DNA of 52,991 nt, the filler included, from Jimgerdemannia flammicorona (taxonomy: Eukaryota), in the NCBI GenBank assembly GCA_003990765.1. It is 2 parts of 2 records of this genome, joined end to end, with 100 filler letters (N's around TTAATTAATTAA, not from the genome) between each part and the next. Parts side by side here need not be neighbours in the genome. Positions count along the whole stretch, not along the records: positions 1 to 26,448 come from RBNJ01000726.1; 1 more part is not named here. One strand, 5' to 3'. The notes beneath the pieces were generated by a model. That model did not search any database. It saw only the letters and a program-made list of their open reading frames with translations, and was not told the origin of the DNA. Below, one piece after another: positions 1 through 11,258 of the stretch. Every line of letters starts with the position of its first letter. Within the stretch, counting starts at the first letter, position 1. Both the position numbers and the translations under genes were made by a program.

Positions 1-36
1 TGAAAACTTTGGCAAAAGGCAGCAGTTAATATTTAC

Positions 37-926
37 CATCGGGGTGAAGGAAGACGCACATTTCATCAGTAGTAAGGATCCCAGTAGGGATGTCGACATC
101 GGCGAGGACCCACTCGGATTTGTATGCTTTCCCTAGGAATTAACATTACAAACCAAAGAATTTTTTTTTTTTTTAAAAAAAAAAAAAACCTCACAATAGT
201 ATAATTTCAAAGCTGGCGTACATGCAAAGAACGGAGAAGCACCATACCTTCAAAGGTCCAATCCGACCTGCCCTTCCTCACCGCCGAATGTACTCCGTCG
301 CACCCCACGATATATTTGGCCTTCACAATCTCCTCCTCCAGGTCACCGTCTGCAGTCATACGCGTCACCGTGGCGACGATCACGTCCTCGAACTCGTCCT
401 CGGTGTATTTGACCAAGGTTGTGCTGCGCTCGACAATCGTCACGTCGCTCCCAGAAGCCTTACGCAAGGATTCCTCTAGGAATTGTTCCGTGTACTTCTG
501 CGAGACGAAGAGGATATAGGGGAACGGCGAATCGGCGCCAAAGGCCGTGAATTCGGCAATCTTCTTTGTGCCGTTGTACATGGCGGCCCGTTTGGGGATG
601 CTGCCTCGAGCGAGGAAGGGTTCCATGAGGTTTCTGGCAGTTGCAAGCGGAAGCCATAACGTTAGGCCATGATGAACAACGATTAGGGACGTAGAAACGA
701 ATCACAGATCATGCGTGAGTATTGTTAGCTACCTGTTATCGAAGGTCTCTAGTGTTCTCGCCACGAATCCCATCGCCTTGGAGTGTATCGATCCAACGTC
801 ATTTTTATCAATGATGCGGAACTTACACCCATAAAGCTGCAGTTCGTTCGCAAGGAGCAGGCCCACCGGCCCGGCTCCGACGACAAGTACGTCAAGGACG
901 TTGTTATCGGATTGTGTTTGAGTCAT
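37..926 (-). CDS. FAD-dependent monooxygenase (FAD_binding_3, phenol hydroxylase/PcpB-like), 5' part; exons 926-733, 633-248, 132-37; runs off window start
   Basis: DVLVVGAGPVGL Rossmann motif and AKYIVGCDGVHSAVR DG motif. GT-AG introns at 732-634 and 247-133 splice in frame (FDNR/NLMEPF, WTFEG/KAYKSEWVLADV); next donor GTAAAT at 36. Confidence 0.92.
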
Positions 927-994
927 GAGTAAAGCAAGGATGAAAGATGTTTGGTAGTGTGTTGTAATTTCTGAAATTGATCGGCGAGGTGGCC

Positions 995-1040
995 ATTTAT
1001 AGGGAGTTGCCCGGTGGTTGCCCAGGTGGTTGCCCAGGTG
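995..1040 (-). promoter_or_regulatory. TATA box (TATAAAT, 1001-995) with three adjacent GTTGCCC(A)GGTG direct repeats upstream of the monooxygenase
   Basis: TATA about 70 nt upstream of ATG 926; repeats at 1006-1016, 1017-1028, 1029-1040. Confidence 0.55.
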
Positions 1041-2842
1041 ATCAGCAGTGTGACCGCTGCCTCGGCTTGGCATGCACTCGGCATGCCGCACGCCAAGGTT
1101 GGTCCTTCGGAACTTACGTTTACATGTATAGCCTTAGTTTATAGTAATAACATGCATTCTTTTTTTTCTCTATGATTTTTTTTTTTTATAGAAGTTACTT
1201 ATTTTGTTTTATTTTATTTTATTTTAATAAATTCAAAAAAAGTTATAATCAAAACAAAAAAAAAAATCCATATTTGCCCCACTTTGACCAGGGATGATTA
1301 TTCAGCGCGTACGTGCGAAATATTGGTTGGATGCGCTAGAAAACTGAGTCACAACATTTGGAGTGCCATTTCCTTTAGGACATTTGTATACAAGTATATG
1401 GATACCAATGTTGCTATACTATTAATGACAAAAAAAGAGTATTCCGCCTAGGCTGTTCACCCCCACAAAGAGTAAACTGTCAAGCCATAATTGACAGTCA
1501 CAGCTAAACCCTATGGACTTCACAGAGTTACGTCAACCGACCCTTCACATCATGCAGAGGGAACTAGTGCGAGGTGGCCTTCAGGAATTCGATTCCCCCC
1601 TCTCTCTCTTCAATTTACAACGATAGTCCTCTTTCAAATCTTTCCTCCTTTGCGACAGCTCGAAGCATTACCATAAAAACCCTCTGTTCATTTACGTATC
1701 TTAATCATGGCTTCTCAACGCTATCTACGCTGACAGCCATCTTCAGCACTCACGCTATCCTTTCGTGCAAGGTAGTGCACCTCACAGACTTCACGGCTAT
1801 AAGAAGGGCTGATTAAATACCTTTATCAACCTATCTTTGCCGTCGTTAGCCATTCCGTTTATATTAACTCAAATCGCTCTCACCTTGACAATATTCAACC
1901 CTTTTCAACCAAATTTCCTACATCAATAACCAAGCATCGCGCGAACAAGGAGAGTACGATAGAAAGCCTAGGTTTCATAGAGATGAAGTTATTACTCTGT
2001 CTCGGAGTTTGAAGGGATGCGGCAGTACGTTTCGTGACACAATTACTGTTTCCAAGGTGTCGCACTTCAATTGGAGGGTGGCAACAGGGCGTTAAGTGTA
2101 GTTGCTTGCCATACAAAATAATCAAATAAAATAGTAAAAAAGGGCATAAAATGCTTCTCAGAGAGCAACTGGATGAACCCTCGTGTTGCCTGATCCTATA
2201 AATAGGTCACCGCGTTGAGGTCTAGAGAGAAAATGATTATAGTCCTTCACGTCGCGCTCGCCTACGTATTTCCTATGATTGAAGTCACGGCCTTTAAAAA
2301 AGGATGAAGGTGATAAACAAGCATGTCAATTGTATTGAACACAATCTATACTACAACCAACCCTGCCCCTCTCCACTTTCCTCCAAAAAAAAAAAACCCC
2401 CCACCTGCAAATCCTGCACAGACCTGATCCTTTCAACGAGCTCCAACTCCCTCTCTAGATCACTCGCATCCACTTCCTTTTCTCCCCCACCTGCTTCGCG
2501 CCCGCTGTTGCTACTGCCGCCGCCGCGGCCTCGTGACCCCTCCCCCTGGCCTCGACCTACCTCATAACCATCTCGTTGATGTAGGTGGTGCGCGCATCGT
2601 CTGACATCGAATCGAGCGCCTGTGTCGACTTCGCCGTGGACAGCAATGGTGATGATGGCAAGGAAAGAAGGAGGGCACAGACTTTGAAGGGAGCACAGAT
2701 ATGGTGATATATGTGGTAGAGGTGATGAAGATATCCTCGGACTGCCACAGGTATTTTTAGGAGAGATGGATTGAGTTGTGGGGGTAGATGGAGGGAACAA
2801 CAAGTGATTGCAAATAGATTTGGTATTGTATTTGAGGGGGGG

Positions 2843-2873
<31 letters not shown>

Positions 2874-2942
2874 AAAGGCATAAGTATCCTGTCTATAAAT
2901 ACATATATACACCCTCACCAATCATTATTTCTGCAGTACATC

Positions 2943-3320
2943 TGTAATATAACTATATGCTGATAGAATTAATATGTTGCAGATAATCAAGATGGCTATT
3001 GGCCCTAAATTCTGAGTCCTTGTGAGAAAGCACTGAGTTCCAATTGCCTGCTGCAGTGGTGTAGTCCAAGTATTGCTTTCAGGTTCTGTAATAAGAATAC
3101 TGCTTTATTCTTATATTTAGGAAAAGTAGAGCTGAGGTTACAATATACTCAGTACAGAGAGTATTTATACAAATTTAAAGCTATAATTAAATATAGTATA
3201 CTAGATATATCTATATATAGTTATACTATATTCAGTATCTATAACTGTTAGTTGGAAATTCTATAGAAATTTCAGTAGCTTATAGGTATATAATGATTCA
3301 TTATATCCTTCTCTTCTTTG
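2943..3320 (-). repeat. Putative decayed 3' LTR (2943-3305) with polypurine tract (3306-3320)
   Basis: TGTAAT at 2943, CATTATA at 3299-3305 (TG..CA termini with one transition), AAAGAAGAGAAGGA abutting on the minus strand. No partner LTR recognised. Confidence 0.4.
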
Positions 3321-4365
3321 TCTGAACCTACTCATTATATTCAGTACTAAAATCTAAATACTCACCAAACTGAAGAGCAGTATACTGAACTATTTGCAAG
3401 ATGATGTTACTCTATTATTTATTACTCAAATTGGCAATGTTCTCAGGTAATACTCTATAGAGATAGTTGAGGACTTGGAGTCATATATAGAAGAGAACAT
3501 AGAGTCTTTTAGCAACAATATAGATATAGTTGTAAATGAAAAGACAGACTTATTGCTTGGCACTACTGAGAGTAGCTTATTAATAGATAAGACATCCTAT
3601 CTTATAGTACTCCTTTAATTCTTATTAATAGTAGAAGATCTGAAAATATTAGATTCTTCTAAGATATTATTGGGCTTTATTTGGGTCTGGGTTTTTAGAG
3701 ATTTATATATTGACAGAGAGTAGTTTAGTTAAGTCAAAGGAATAACTAAGAACTCAAAATGTCTGTAGCAAGTTTGAAAGATAGTTTTGTAGATATCTTC
3801 TTCTTTTATAGTAATTTACCAGTAGCTATTTCATAAATCAAAAGAGCTCATAAACTATAGATTGGTAGGTCTATTGAATATTTCATCAATTTGGAGTAAG
3901 CAACAGTTCTTGATGATCTGCTCATTGAGATCTTGATAACCAATATATATTTATAGATCTTCTTCTTTCTTGATGATAAAGAGGACTGGTGTACCATATA
4001 GTAATATGCTAGATCTAATGAAATTTTATTCTAGAAGTTCATTGATCTCTTTCTTGAGTATATCAATTTCTTTAGAAGATATATAGTAGATTGACTTGAA
4101 GGCTGACTTAGTATCTAAATGAGTTTGATTATATGGTCAACTGCTTATTTAGATAATAGATCTTTTGAAAGTTTCTTTGGAAATATATCTTGAAATTTCT
4201 GAAGTAAGGGTCTGATATAACTGTCAATTTTAGAAAAGGTTCTCATATCTTCTTTTGGATAGCCTTATAGAGATACATAGCAATATCTTTCTCTAGTAAC
4301 ATTCAGGTTACACAATCTTTTGGTAACACTTTCAACACAGTTTCTGGAGAAAAGCTACTAGTATC

Positions 4366-6396
4366 ATGGTGACCAACGAGCATCCGGAGGTGCATACTGG
4401 GCAGGGTGGCCCTGGAGCATTTGAATGGCAGCAAGTGGGGAGAGGCCCTGGCTTAGGGAGAAGTATGAGGGGCCTGCTGGCAGGAGGCCATGGTGGAGGA
4501 GGGGGAGGAGCTAGAGGTCAAGGGTCTGGCAGGGTGAGCTTTGCGGAGAAGGTGAAGGGGGATTGGCAGGGAGCTAGACTGGAGAGCTGGCTGAGAGGGG
4601 GGAAGGTACCAGTAAAGGCTACCAGGCAGCAACCTCTTGGGAGTTCCTCTCTGGAGGGCCATAGGAGTGGAGCTGGGGGGGTAGCAGCTGGGGCGGGGAC
4701 TGCTGATGGGGGTGTGATAGGTGATCTGGAAAAAAATCTAGATATGACTGCTGATGGTGAGCTGAATGGTGGGAAGGGTATGAGGCCCGGAGACCTGGCA
4801 GATGGTATAATGGGACTGGTGGTGGCTCCGTTACTCAAGAAGTCAATCTTGGCATTCGTGGTCATGCTGTGCTTCTGGGGCTTAGCGGTGATGGCAAAAA
4901 TGGTGTTGGGGCTTATCGCTAAGCAGGTGGCAAGAGCGGCTTCGGTGAAGTTTCTGAAGGGACTGGAGGGGGTGGAGGTGGGTTTTGAGAAGGTTGAACC
5001 ACTGGAGGAGGTACTGAAGGTTGGGTTGGTGGTTGGGGAGGTGTGTGTTCCGATGGTGAGGTGTTTGAAATGGGATCCGAGGGTAGTCCAACTGCTGGTG
5101 AAAGGAGTACTCACGGTGATGGTGATGGAGATGAGGAAGAGAGTGGAGGATGTCATGGCGGAGTATGGAGAGGTGGTGGATATCGGATTCAGGGTCTGGG
5201 AAGGGACCATGCTCAGGACTGGGGATGTGGATGTGAGGATTCGGCTGGCTGGGAAAGAGACTACTGGGAAGATGAGAGACTGGCCTTCAGTGATGGTTTG
5301 GGGAGCATTCCTGTGCAAGGTGATGCAGGTGAAAGGAAGTGAAGAAGAGGAGGAGGATTTATTGGAAGTGCTGGAGGAGCTGGATGGGGCTGTGGAATGG
5401 CGAGCTAAGGCCTGGAAGACTTTCAAGGAGTTGATGCACCTGGAGGTGGTGGATGGAAAGAGGATTCAAGTAGACAAGGTGTAGTGGGAAAGGGCTCAGA
5501 GGCGGAAGAGGCAGAAGGATCTGCTGGCTAAACTGGGGGGTGGACCACAGAAGGATGCGAGCATGAAGATAGGTGCAGAAGGGGCCGAAGCGAGTGTCTG
5601 GGCTGGTGAGAAGAGTGGGAACAATGGGGCAAAGACAGGGAAGGCTAAGGAGGTGAAGATTAGCAACCCATATGCTGATGGCACCTTGGAGGTTTGGGAT
5701 GAAGTCTGGGAGAACTCCCCCACCCCTTCCCCTCTTATCAGGCATGGCCCAGCTTCCAGGAACAAGTCTGGGGAGGACGTGACGATGCTGGGGACCCAGC
5801 AGGTGAAATTCAGCATTCCAGAGGTAATGGATGGAGACCAAGTAGTGGCGGCTGGGGAGGAGGAACTGGTGGATGTCCTGGAGGTGTGGGATGAGGATGC
5901 GAGTGTGGGAGCTGACACCACAATGCTGGATGGAGGGAGGCCGGTAACCCCTGGTGGAAAGGAGGTGGGAAACCTACTTTGGATATGCCAGATGATGAAT
6001 AACCTGGTGGCAGAAGAGCTGGGGGAGGTGAACTTGCGTGGGATGGGTGATGAGCACTGGACAAGAATTTTGCAGAGGGAAGGAGTGGCAATGGCACTGA
6101 AGGTGGAAATTCTCGCAGTGTATCTGGAGGAGGAAGGCTATGAGGTGGACAAGGGGAGGGAGGTAGAGTTGGCAGTTGTTGCTGGGGAGAAGACTGAGTA
6201 CTGTTGGAACAGGCATCATGGGTTGCAGCTTTGGCAGAAGGCTTGCATCAAGTACAGAGAGGAGTTTGAGGAGAAGGCTAATGAGGAGATGAATGAGCTG
6301 TTGGCTGGACTGGAGGCTCAGAGAGCTGAAGAGGAGGAGGTGATGGCTGAACATAATCTGGACATGGCACAGGAGGAGATGGGCATGGAGCAGTAG
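4366..6396 (+). pseudogene. LINE-1 ORF1 (one internal TAG at 5482-5484)
   Basis: ORFs 4366-5484 and 5563-6396 are in the same frame; homologous to ORF1 of LINE-2 and LINE-3 (RTGDVDVRIRL). Confidence 0.85.
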
Positions 6397-6426
6397 AGAT
6401 TGGTTGAGAACAAACTGTATTTCATT

Positions 6427-9400
6427 ATGAACAGTACAACCAACATTTTTTCTTTGAACATGAATGGGCTAAGGGGTGCAGTTAGACACAGGAACATTTT
6501 TATTTGGTTGAAGGGATTGGAGGCCGATCTCTTCCTCTTGCAGGATGTCAGGTGTGAGAAGGACTCTGATAGGATAGAATGGACTAAGGAATGGGATGGT
6601 ATGGCGATTTGGAACAGCAAGGTTGGGATTCTGGTTCAGAAAGGCAGAGGGGAGATAAGGGATGTGAGGAGCTGGGGGGAGAGACTGGTCTGGGGTGAGT
6701 GGATTCGTACAGGTTGGGAGCCAGTCACAGTTGGCTCCTGTTACTGCCCTGCTATATGGGGGGAGCATGTGGATTGGGTGAAAGGGCTCCTGGAGAGTGG
6801 GATCCTTGCTGAAGCTGGGTTAGATATGCTTGGAGGAGATTTCAATATGGTTCGGGATGTATGGCTGGATAGAACTGATGGAGGATGGGGTGCTGAGAGC
6901 AGGAGTGGGGGGCTGGTGATGTGAGAGGAGGTCAAAAGGCTAGGAGCACTGGTGGATGCTGGTAGGGAGTACTGGGGGGATAGGAGGGTATATATGCATT
7001 GGGCTAGAGGTCTGGGGACAAGGATTGACTGGATTCTGACAGCCGACTGTTGGGGCTGCAATGTTTGGAAGATGCTAGAGGTAGAATGGTGTCTGTGGTC
7101 AGATCACTGGAGCCTCTTGGGACAGGGGTGTTTTGGGGGAAGTGGTGATGGGCCTGGACATTGGTGCCTAAATTCCTCCTTGTTGGATGATGAGTTCTGG
7201 TGGGAGGAGTGGGTGAAAGACATTCAGCTGAAGGTGGTGAATTGGTGGCAGGAAGGGGCCATGATTGGGGTTCGGTGGATGAGGATGAAAGAGATGGCCA
7301 GGATATATTGGGGTGAGGCTGGCAGAGTGGCTGGGAAGCAGCAAAGGTGGAGAGTGCATTGGGCTTCTACTAGATTGGCTAGGCTCCTGGAGGAGTGGGC
7401 AAGACTGGCAGTAGTGGAGAGAGAAGAGGATTAGAGAATAATGAGGGTGAAGATGGAGGTTGGGGAACTACAACAGGTGCTGTGGGAAGAGGAAGAGTCA
7501 AGGGTGCAAGACCTGGTGGCACGGCTTCATTGGCAGGGGCTGGAGGAAGGGGAGAGGCCTTCCAAGTTTCTCACAAGGACACTTCGAGTGAGAAGGGTAC
7601 AGCAGCAGTGGGAAGGGATACTTGACTTGGATGGTGTACTAGTGCATGGTGTACAGGACATCCTTGGAATGCTGAAGGTGCAATGGAGTAGATTGTGGAG
7701 TAAGGAGGAGGGTGGGGCAGATGCTACAGCCATTGACCAAACATTAGAAGATTAGCACCCACCACAAGCTGAGGGACTAGATGACCTAGTGATGCCTGTA
7801 AAGGAGGACAAGATCCACCAGGTTCTTACTGCGACAGCCTCAGGTACAGCGCCTGGGGAGGATGGCCTCCCCTGGGACTTCTGGAAGCAAATGGTTGGAG
7901 TCCTGGGTATGTTGGGGGAGTTGACAGCACTGTGTGACTCTATATTGCAGTCAGGGAGATGGGTGGGGGAGCAGGATCTTAGGCTGGTGATGCTGCTTTA
8001 TAAGAACAAGAGAAGGCGAGAGGATTGGAAGAACTGGCAGCTGATAATGTTGCTAGATATGGACAGAAAGTTGGTGACTAAGGTGGTGGTCACAAGGCTA
8101 CAGAAGATAGCCCAGCAAATTGTGGGTGTTGAGCAGAGGGGCTTCATAGGGGGTCGGCTTATTAGAGATAGCATGGCCTGGGTACATGGAGTTATTGAAG
8201 GTGCTCGAGCCTGTAGACTGGATGGGCATCTTGTCTTCTTGGACCAAGAGAAGGCTTATGACCAGGTGCAGTGGGTCTGGCTGGCGAAAGTATTAGATAG
8301 AATTGGGGTTCTGGTCCCATTTTGGTCAGTGATAGTCAGCCTACTGGAAAGGAGTAGGGCTGCACTCGTGTGTAATGGGCATAGAGGGGTAGCATTCCCT
8401 CTGGGTAGGGGAGTGCCCCAGGGGGACCCACTGTCCCCCATTTTGTATGCTCTTTTCTTGGAACCTCTAATGGACAGAATTCGGCAGAGGATAGTGGGGC
8501 TCTCTATCTATGGAGTTGGCTGGAAGGTTGGAGCTTTTGCAGATGACATGGTGGTTGGTTTGGGAGTGACTGTGGATGTCGAGGAGCTCAAGAAGACAGT
8601 GGAGTGGTATGAGGAGAACTCTGGGGTGAAGCTGAATTGGCACAAGTGCAAAACAATGGTGCTGGGCAATGGTCTGGTGGGCAGAGAAGTTATTGGAACA
8701 ATTGTTCCAACTGGAGAGGCAGTGCGGTACTTGGGCATCTATTTGTTGGTCTATGGGTCTGTTTTGCCCAGGCTGTGGTGGGAGCAGAGGATTGGAATTT
8801 GAGAGGAGGACCTGTGGGGTTGGGGAGGAAGACACTTCTTGCTAGCAGGAAGGATCTCAATTTTGAATGTATACTGGCTGCTGAAGCTGTGGTATTTGGC
8901 TTATCATCTGGACTTCCCAGCCTGGGTGGTGAAGAGATTGGTGAAGGTGGCTAAGGGATGGATTTGGGCTGGCAGATGGAGTCAGATTGGTTGGGAGACT
9001 TTGTCCCTACTGGTGGCGAGAGGTGGTCTTGGGCTGATGGACTTCCCCAAAAGACTACACTGCTTGAGGGCATGGTGGCTGAGGAGGGCGGTGGAGTTGA
9101 GTGGAGGGGGCTGGGTTCCCCTGCTGCAGAAGGTTTGGGAGAGGTGGACATCACTGAGAGGCTTGACTGGTGATCTTCTTTCATTAGTTGGGCTTCAGAA
9201 TACTGTGCAACTGAGATATAAAGGCTTCTGGTGGGGGATAGCTGAGGGGGCACACCACATTGGTATTCGCTGGTGAGGGGATGAGGGGGAGAGGGCTTGG
9301 GGCCCAGCAATGTGGAGATGGGATGGCATTCTTCTGGGAGGCATGCCTTTACTTGAGTTCAACATTAGTGATAGCATCGAATACCAAAGGGGACCAGGCC

Positions 9401-10083
9401 AGGATCTGTGGCCTAGTGGTTGGCAAGGAGTTAGAATTGGTGAGGAGTGGGACTGGCATGGGGTTTGGACCTGGAGTGCTACAGTGAAAAATTGGATGCC
9501 ACCGAAGTACTGGGTAGTCTGGTAGCATGTGCTGAGGAGGAATGTGATGCTTAACTTCCACTCAGGATACCTTGTTGTAGAGAGCTGCTTTGACTATGAG
9601 GAGTGCCATAATGTAGGGCAGGAAGGGAGATTTGTACAGACACCAGAACATTGGCTAGGGGAGTGTGAGATGTTGGAAGACTTTTGGTGGGCCATTGGGG
9701 ACTGCTTGGGGGTAAGGCGTAGGGGTGATGATGTACGGGAGAGGTGGGAGGACCTGAGGAATCGATTGATAGGAGGGGTAGGGGAGGAGTGGATTACTCT
9801 AGACTGGGCATTGGCTATTTGGGTTGGGCTGGCTGGTTACTGGCTATTTGTATTTGAGGAAGAGAGGTGATAGAGCTTGGGGAGCCAGTTATCATGGTGG
9901 CAGTGCCTTATGGAGGATACCTTGACAGGCTGGTGGCTTGGTTGGGGGCTGCAGGGAGGTCAGAGGCACCACTTGATGGTGAAAATCTATGGTCAGAGTG
10001 GTGGGAGAGTTGGGATTATTGGTGAGAGAGTGGTCTTTGTATGTGAAGAGGTGGGGAGGGGCCCCCCAATGGGGATCAGATAG
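6427..10083 (+). pseudogene. LINE-1 ORF2: AP endonuclease, reverse transcriptase, C-terminal Cys/His region; disrupted
   Basis: SLNMNGLR, GGDFN, RIDWI, SDH (APE); APGEDG, LDQEKAYD, GVPQGDPLSP, FADD, VRYLG (RT); C..C...TPEHWLGEC. Several stops and frameshifts. Confidence 0.93.
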
Positions 10084-10150
10084 TGGGTAGTGATATTGAT
10101 ATTGTATACTTATTCATAGACTGGTAATAAAGACGGAGTCCAAGGGACTA

Positions 10151-10181
<31 letters not shown>

Positions 10182-10846
10182 TACATAGTAAAGAGAGGAT
10201 ACTTCTTTGCTAATTTCTTAAGTTGTAGTTTATTGATATGGATGATCTTTGAGCCTAAGTCACTGGAGCTCTTTTACCTTATAGTTTGAAATTATAGTAT
10301 CCTTTTTTAATGATTAGAGAATTGTTTATCCAATCAATTATAGAGTTCTCTTATTTTAACTATGATGTTCTAAGAATGATCTCATTATCAGAAAGTAGTA
10401 TAATTTGGAGAGTAATATATATATAGTAGTTACTAATTCTGAAGAATAGGTTGCAAACTTCCTTACAAATGACATATGAGATTCTATCAGCAGTAGTAAC
10501 TACTTGGATTTGTTGTACTGAAAAGATCAGAACTTTAAGTCTATTGGCTGTTTCTTTATTAATGAAATTGTCTGAGGCTCTATTGTCTATCATAATCTTA
10601 ACAGAAGCTTGATTGATAAAAGCTTATAGTATCTGATCCAATAGTGGTAATTTTAGTTGTTAAAGACTTTCTTCTATTAACTCTTCATTGAGCTAACTTA
10701 TTGACATATGAAAAGTAATCATTGATTAATTGGAAAGAATATATTCTAATACTATAGAGATATCAGCCACTTGGTACAAATCTATCTTCAATTTTTCTGT
10801 AAAATTATCCCTCTTTATTTATAGTAGATTGAGCAAGGGCCTTATT

Positions 10847-11258
10847 TGATGAGCTAAATCCCTTAGATCCTCAGATGGTAGATAGTAGTTCAGGAACTTC
10901 CTTAACTGTTAGAGTTAATTTGATTTTCTCAAATAAGATCTGGATAATATACATAGTAACTGATAAGGATCTTGAATAGTATCCAACTATAGTTTTGGAT
11001 GAGAATAATAATTTTACCTATATAATCTTCATCAATGACTCTTTTTTCTACTGAGAGTTCTTTTAATATTAAACTGCTACAATAGTATATTCTTTTAATA
11101 TATCCTTCTGGAATTTGAATACTAATTCTTATATAGATTTACTTGACTTCTCAGTTAAAAACTGTAGCTTTTTTAGCTATATATAGATTATATCTAGCTA
11201 CTTTTTGGCTTTCTTTGATTGGGGCCATAGCTATTATTCTTAACTTAATAAAGTCTAA
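10847..11258 (-). pseudogene. dut: dUTPase pseudogene in gypsy A, between zinc knuckle and protease
   Basis: Manual translation through stops and one frameshift: VARYNLY (AAGYDLY), IQIPEGY..CSSL (RSSL), RVIDEDYIGKI (GVIDxDYxGEI), IIQILFEKI (IAQ), *GSKGFSSS (RGxxGFGSS). All five motifs in order. Confidence 0.88.

Larger units (their letters stand above)
4284..10176 (+). mobile_element. LINE-1: full-length L1/Tx1-like non-LTR retrotransposon
   Basis: ORF1 and ORF2, AATAAA, ~26-nt poly(A) at 10152-10177, 15-bp TSD AGAGATACATAG(C/T)AA at 4269-4283 and 10177-10191. Confidence 0.95.

Noticed and set aside
37..926. Recent bacterial horizontal transfer of the monooxygenase
   Set aside because: It has three canonical introns and the family is widespread in fungi; a phylogeny would be required.
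4518..5426. Long Ser/Thr/Pro-rich antisense ORFs in the LINEs (also 27748-28440, 18637-19026)
   Set aside because: Shadow frames expected from the G-rich sense strand; no independent evidence.
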